Shown one piece after another: positions 63,901 through 64,000 of a stretch of 64,000 nucleotides of DNA (positions are counted from its first letter, which is position 1; the number at the start of each line of letters is the position of its first letter). The stretch spans positions 109,184,001-109,248,000 of the forward strand of contig CM059432.1 in NCBI GenBank assembly GCA_030390025.1, read 5' to 3'. The DNA comes from Squalus acanthias. Its lineage: Eukaryota. The notes beneath the pieces are model-generated. The model was not told the DNA's origin. It made no database searches and saw nothing but the letters and a program-made list of their open reading frames with translations. A program made the position numbers and the translations under genes.

Positions 63901-64000
63901 CCCGTTATACACCCACCCGTTATACACCCCCCGTTATACACCCGCCCGTTACACACCCCGCCCGTTACACATCTGCCCATTATACACCCAGCCCATTATA
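48915..64000 (+). repeat. Satellite array 2, >15 kb of 15-16 bp units CACCC(C)GCCCGTTATA / CACTCTGCCCGTTATA / CACCCCGTCCGTTATA; runs off the window end
   Basis: Directly visible and in the same orientation as array 1. Pure 15-mer domains and a 1749-bp block duplication (ORFs 50216/51965 and 50232/51981). Confidence 0.98.

Overview
This is eukaryotic, vertebrate DNA, most likely from a cartilaginous fish (inferred from the CR1/L2/Penelope/Harbinger/SINE repeat mix). It is an internal part of a + strand POU class VI homeobox gene, best matching POU6F2/RPF-1. Three coding exons (2992-3201, 11894-12065, 33383-33551) splice in frame and run into the POU-specific domain; the remaining exons lie outside the window. 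The introns are packed with repeats: two decayed CR1 LINEs, Penelope-like (Neptune-type) retroelements with minimal hammerhead ribozyme motifs, two PIF/Harbinger relics carrying spliced Myb/SANT genes, many GGG/GGC-ended Harbinger-type MITEs, L2 fragments and tRNA-derived SINEs. About 29 kb consists of two co-oriented satellite arrays of a 15-17 bp unit (C)CCGCCCGTTATACA; these produce all the long 'PARYT' ORFs, which are non-coding artefacts. Main leads: (1) both satellites begin inside the left arm of a small palindromic MITE whose subterminal motif matches the satellite unit; (2) a young inverted Penelope pLTR insertion with two hammerheads and a 14-bp TSD; (3) a ~25-bp insert holding 18-19 nt of the same element's tail, also with a 14-bp TSD; (4) a strong competing stop-introducing acceptor and a CAG x4 tandem acceptor at a POU6F2 exon. 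Family names come from recognition by eye, not database searches.
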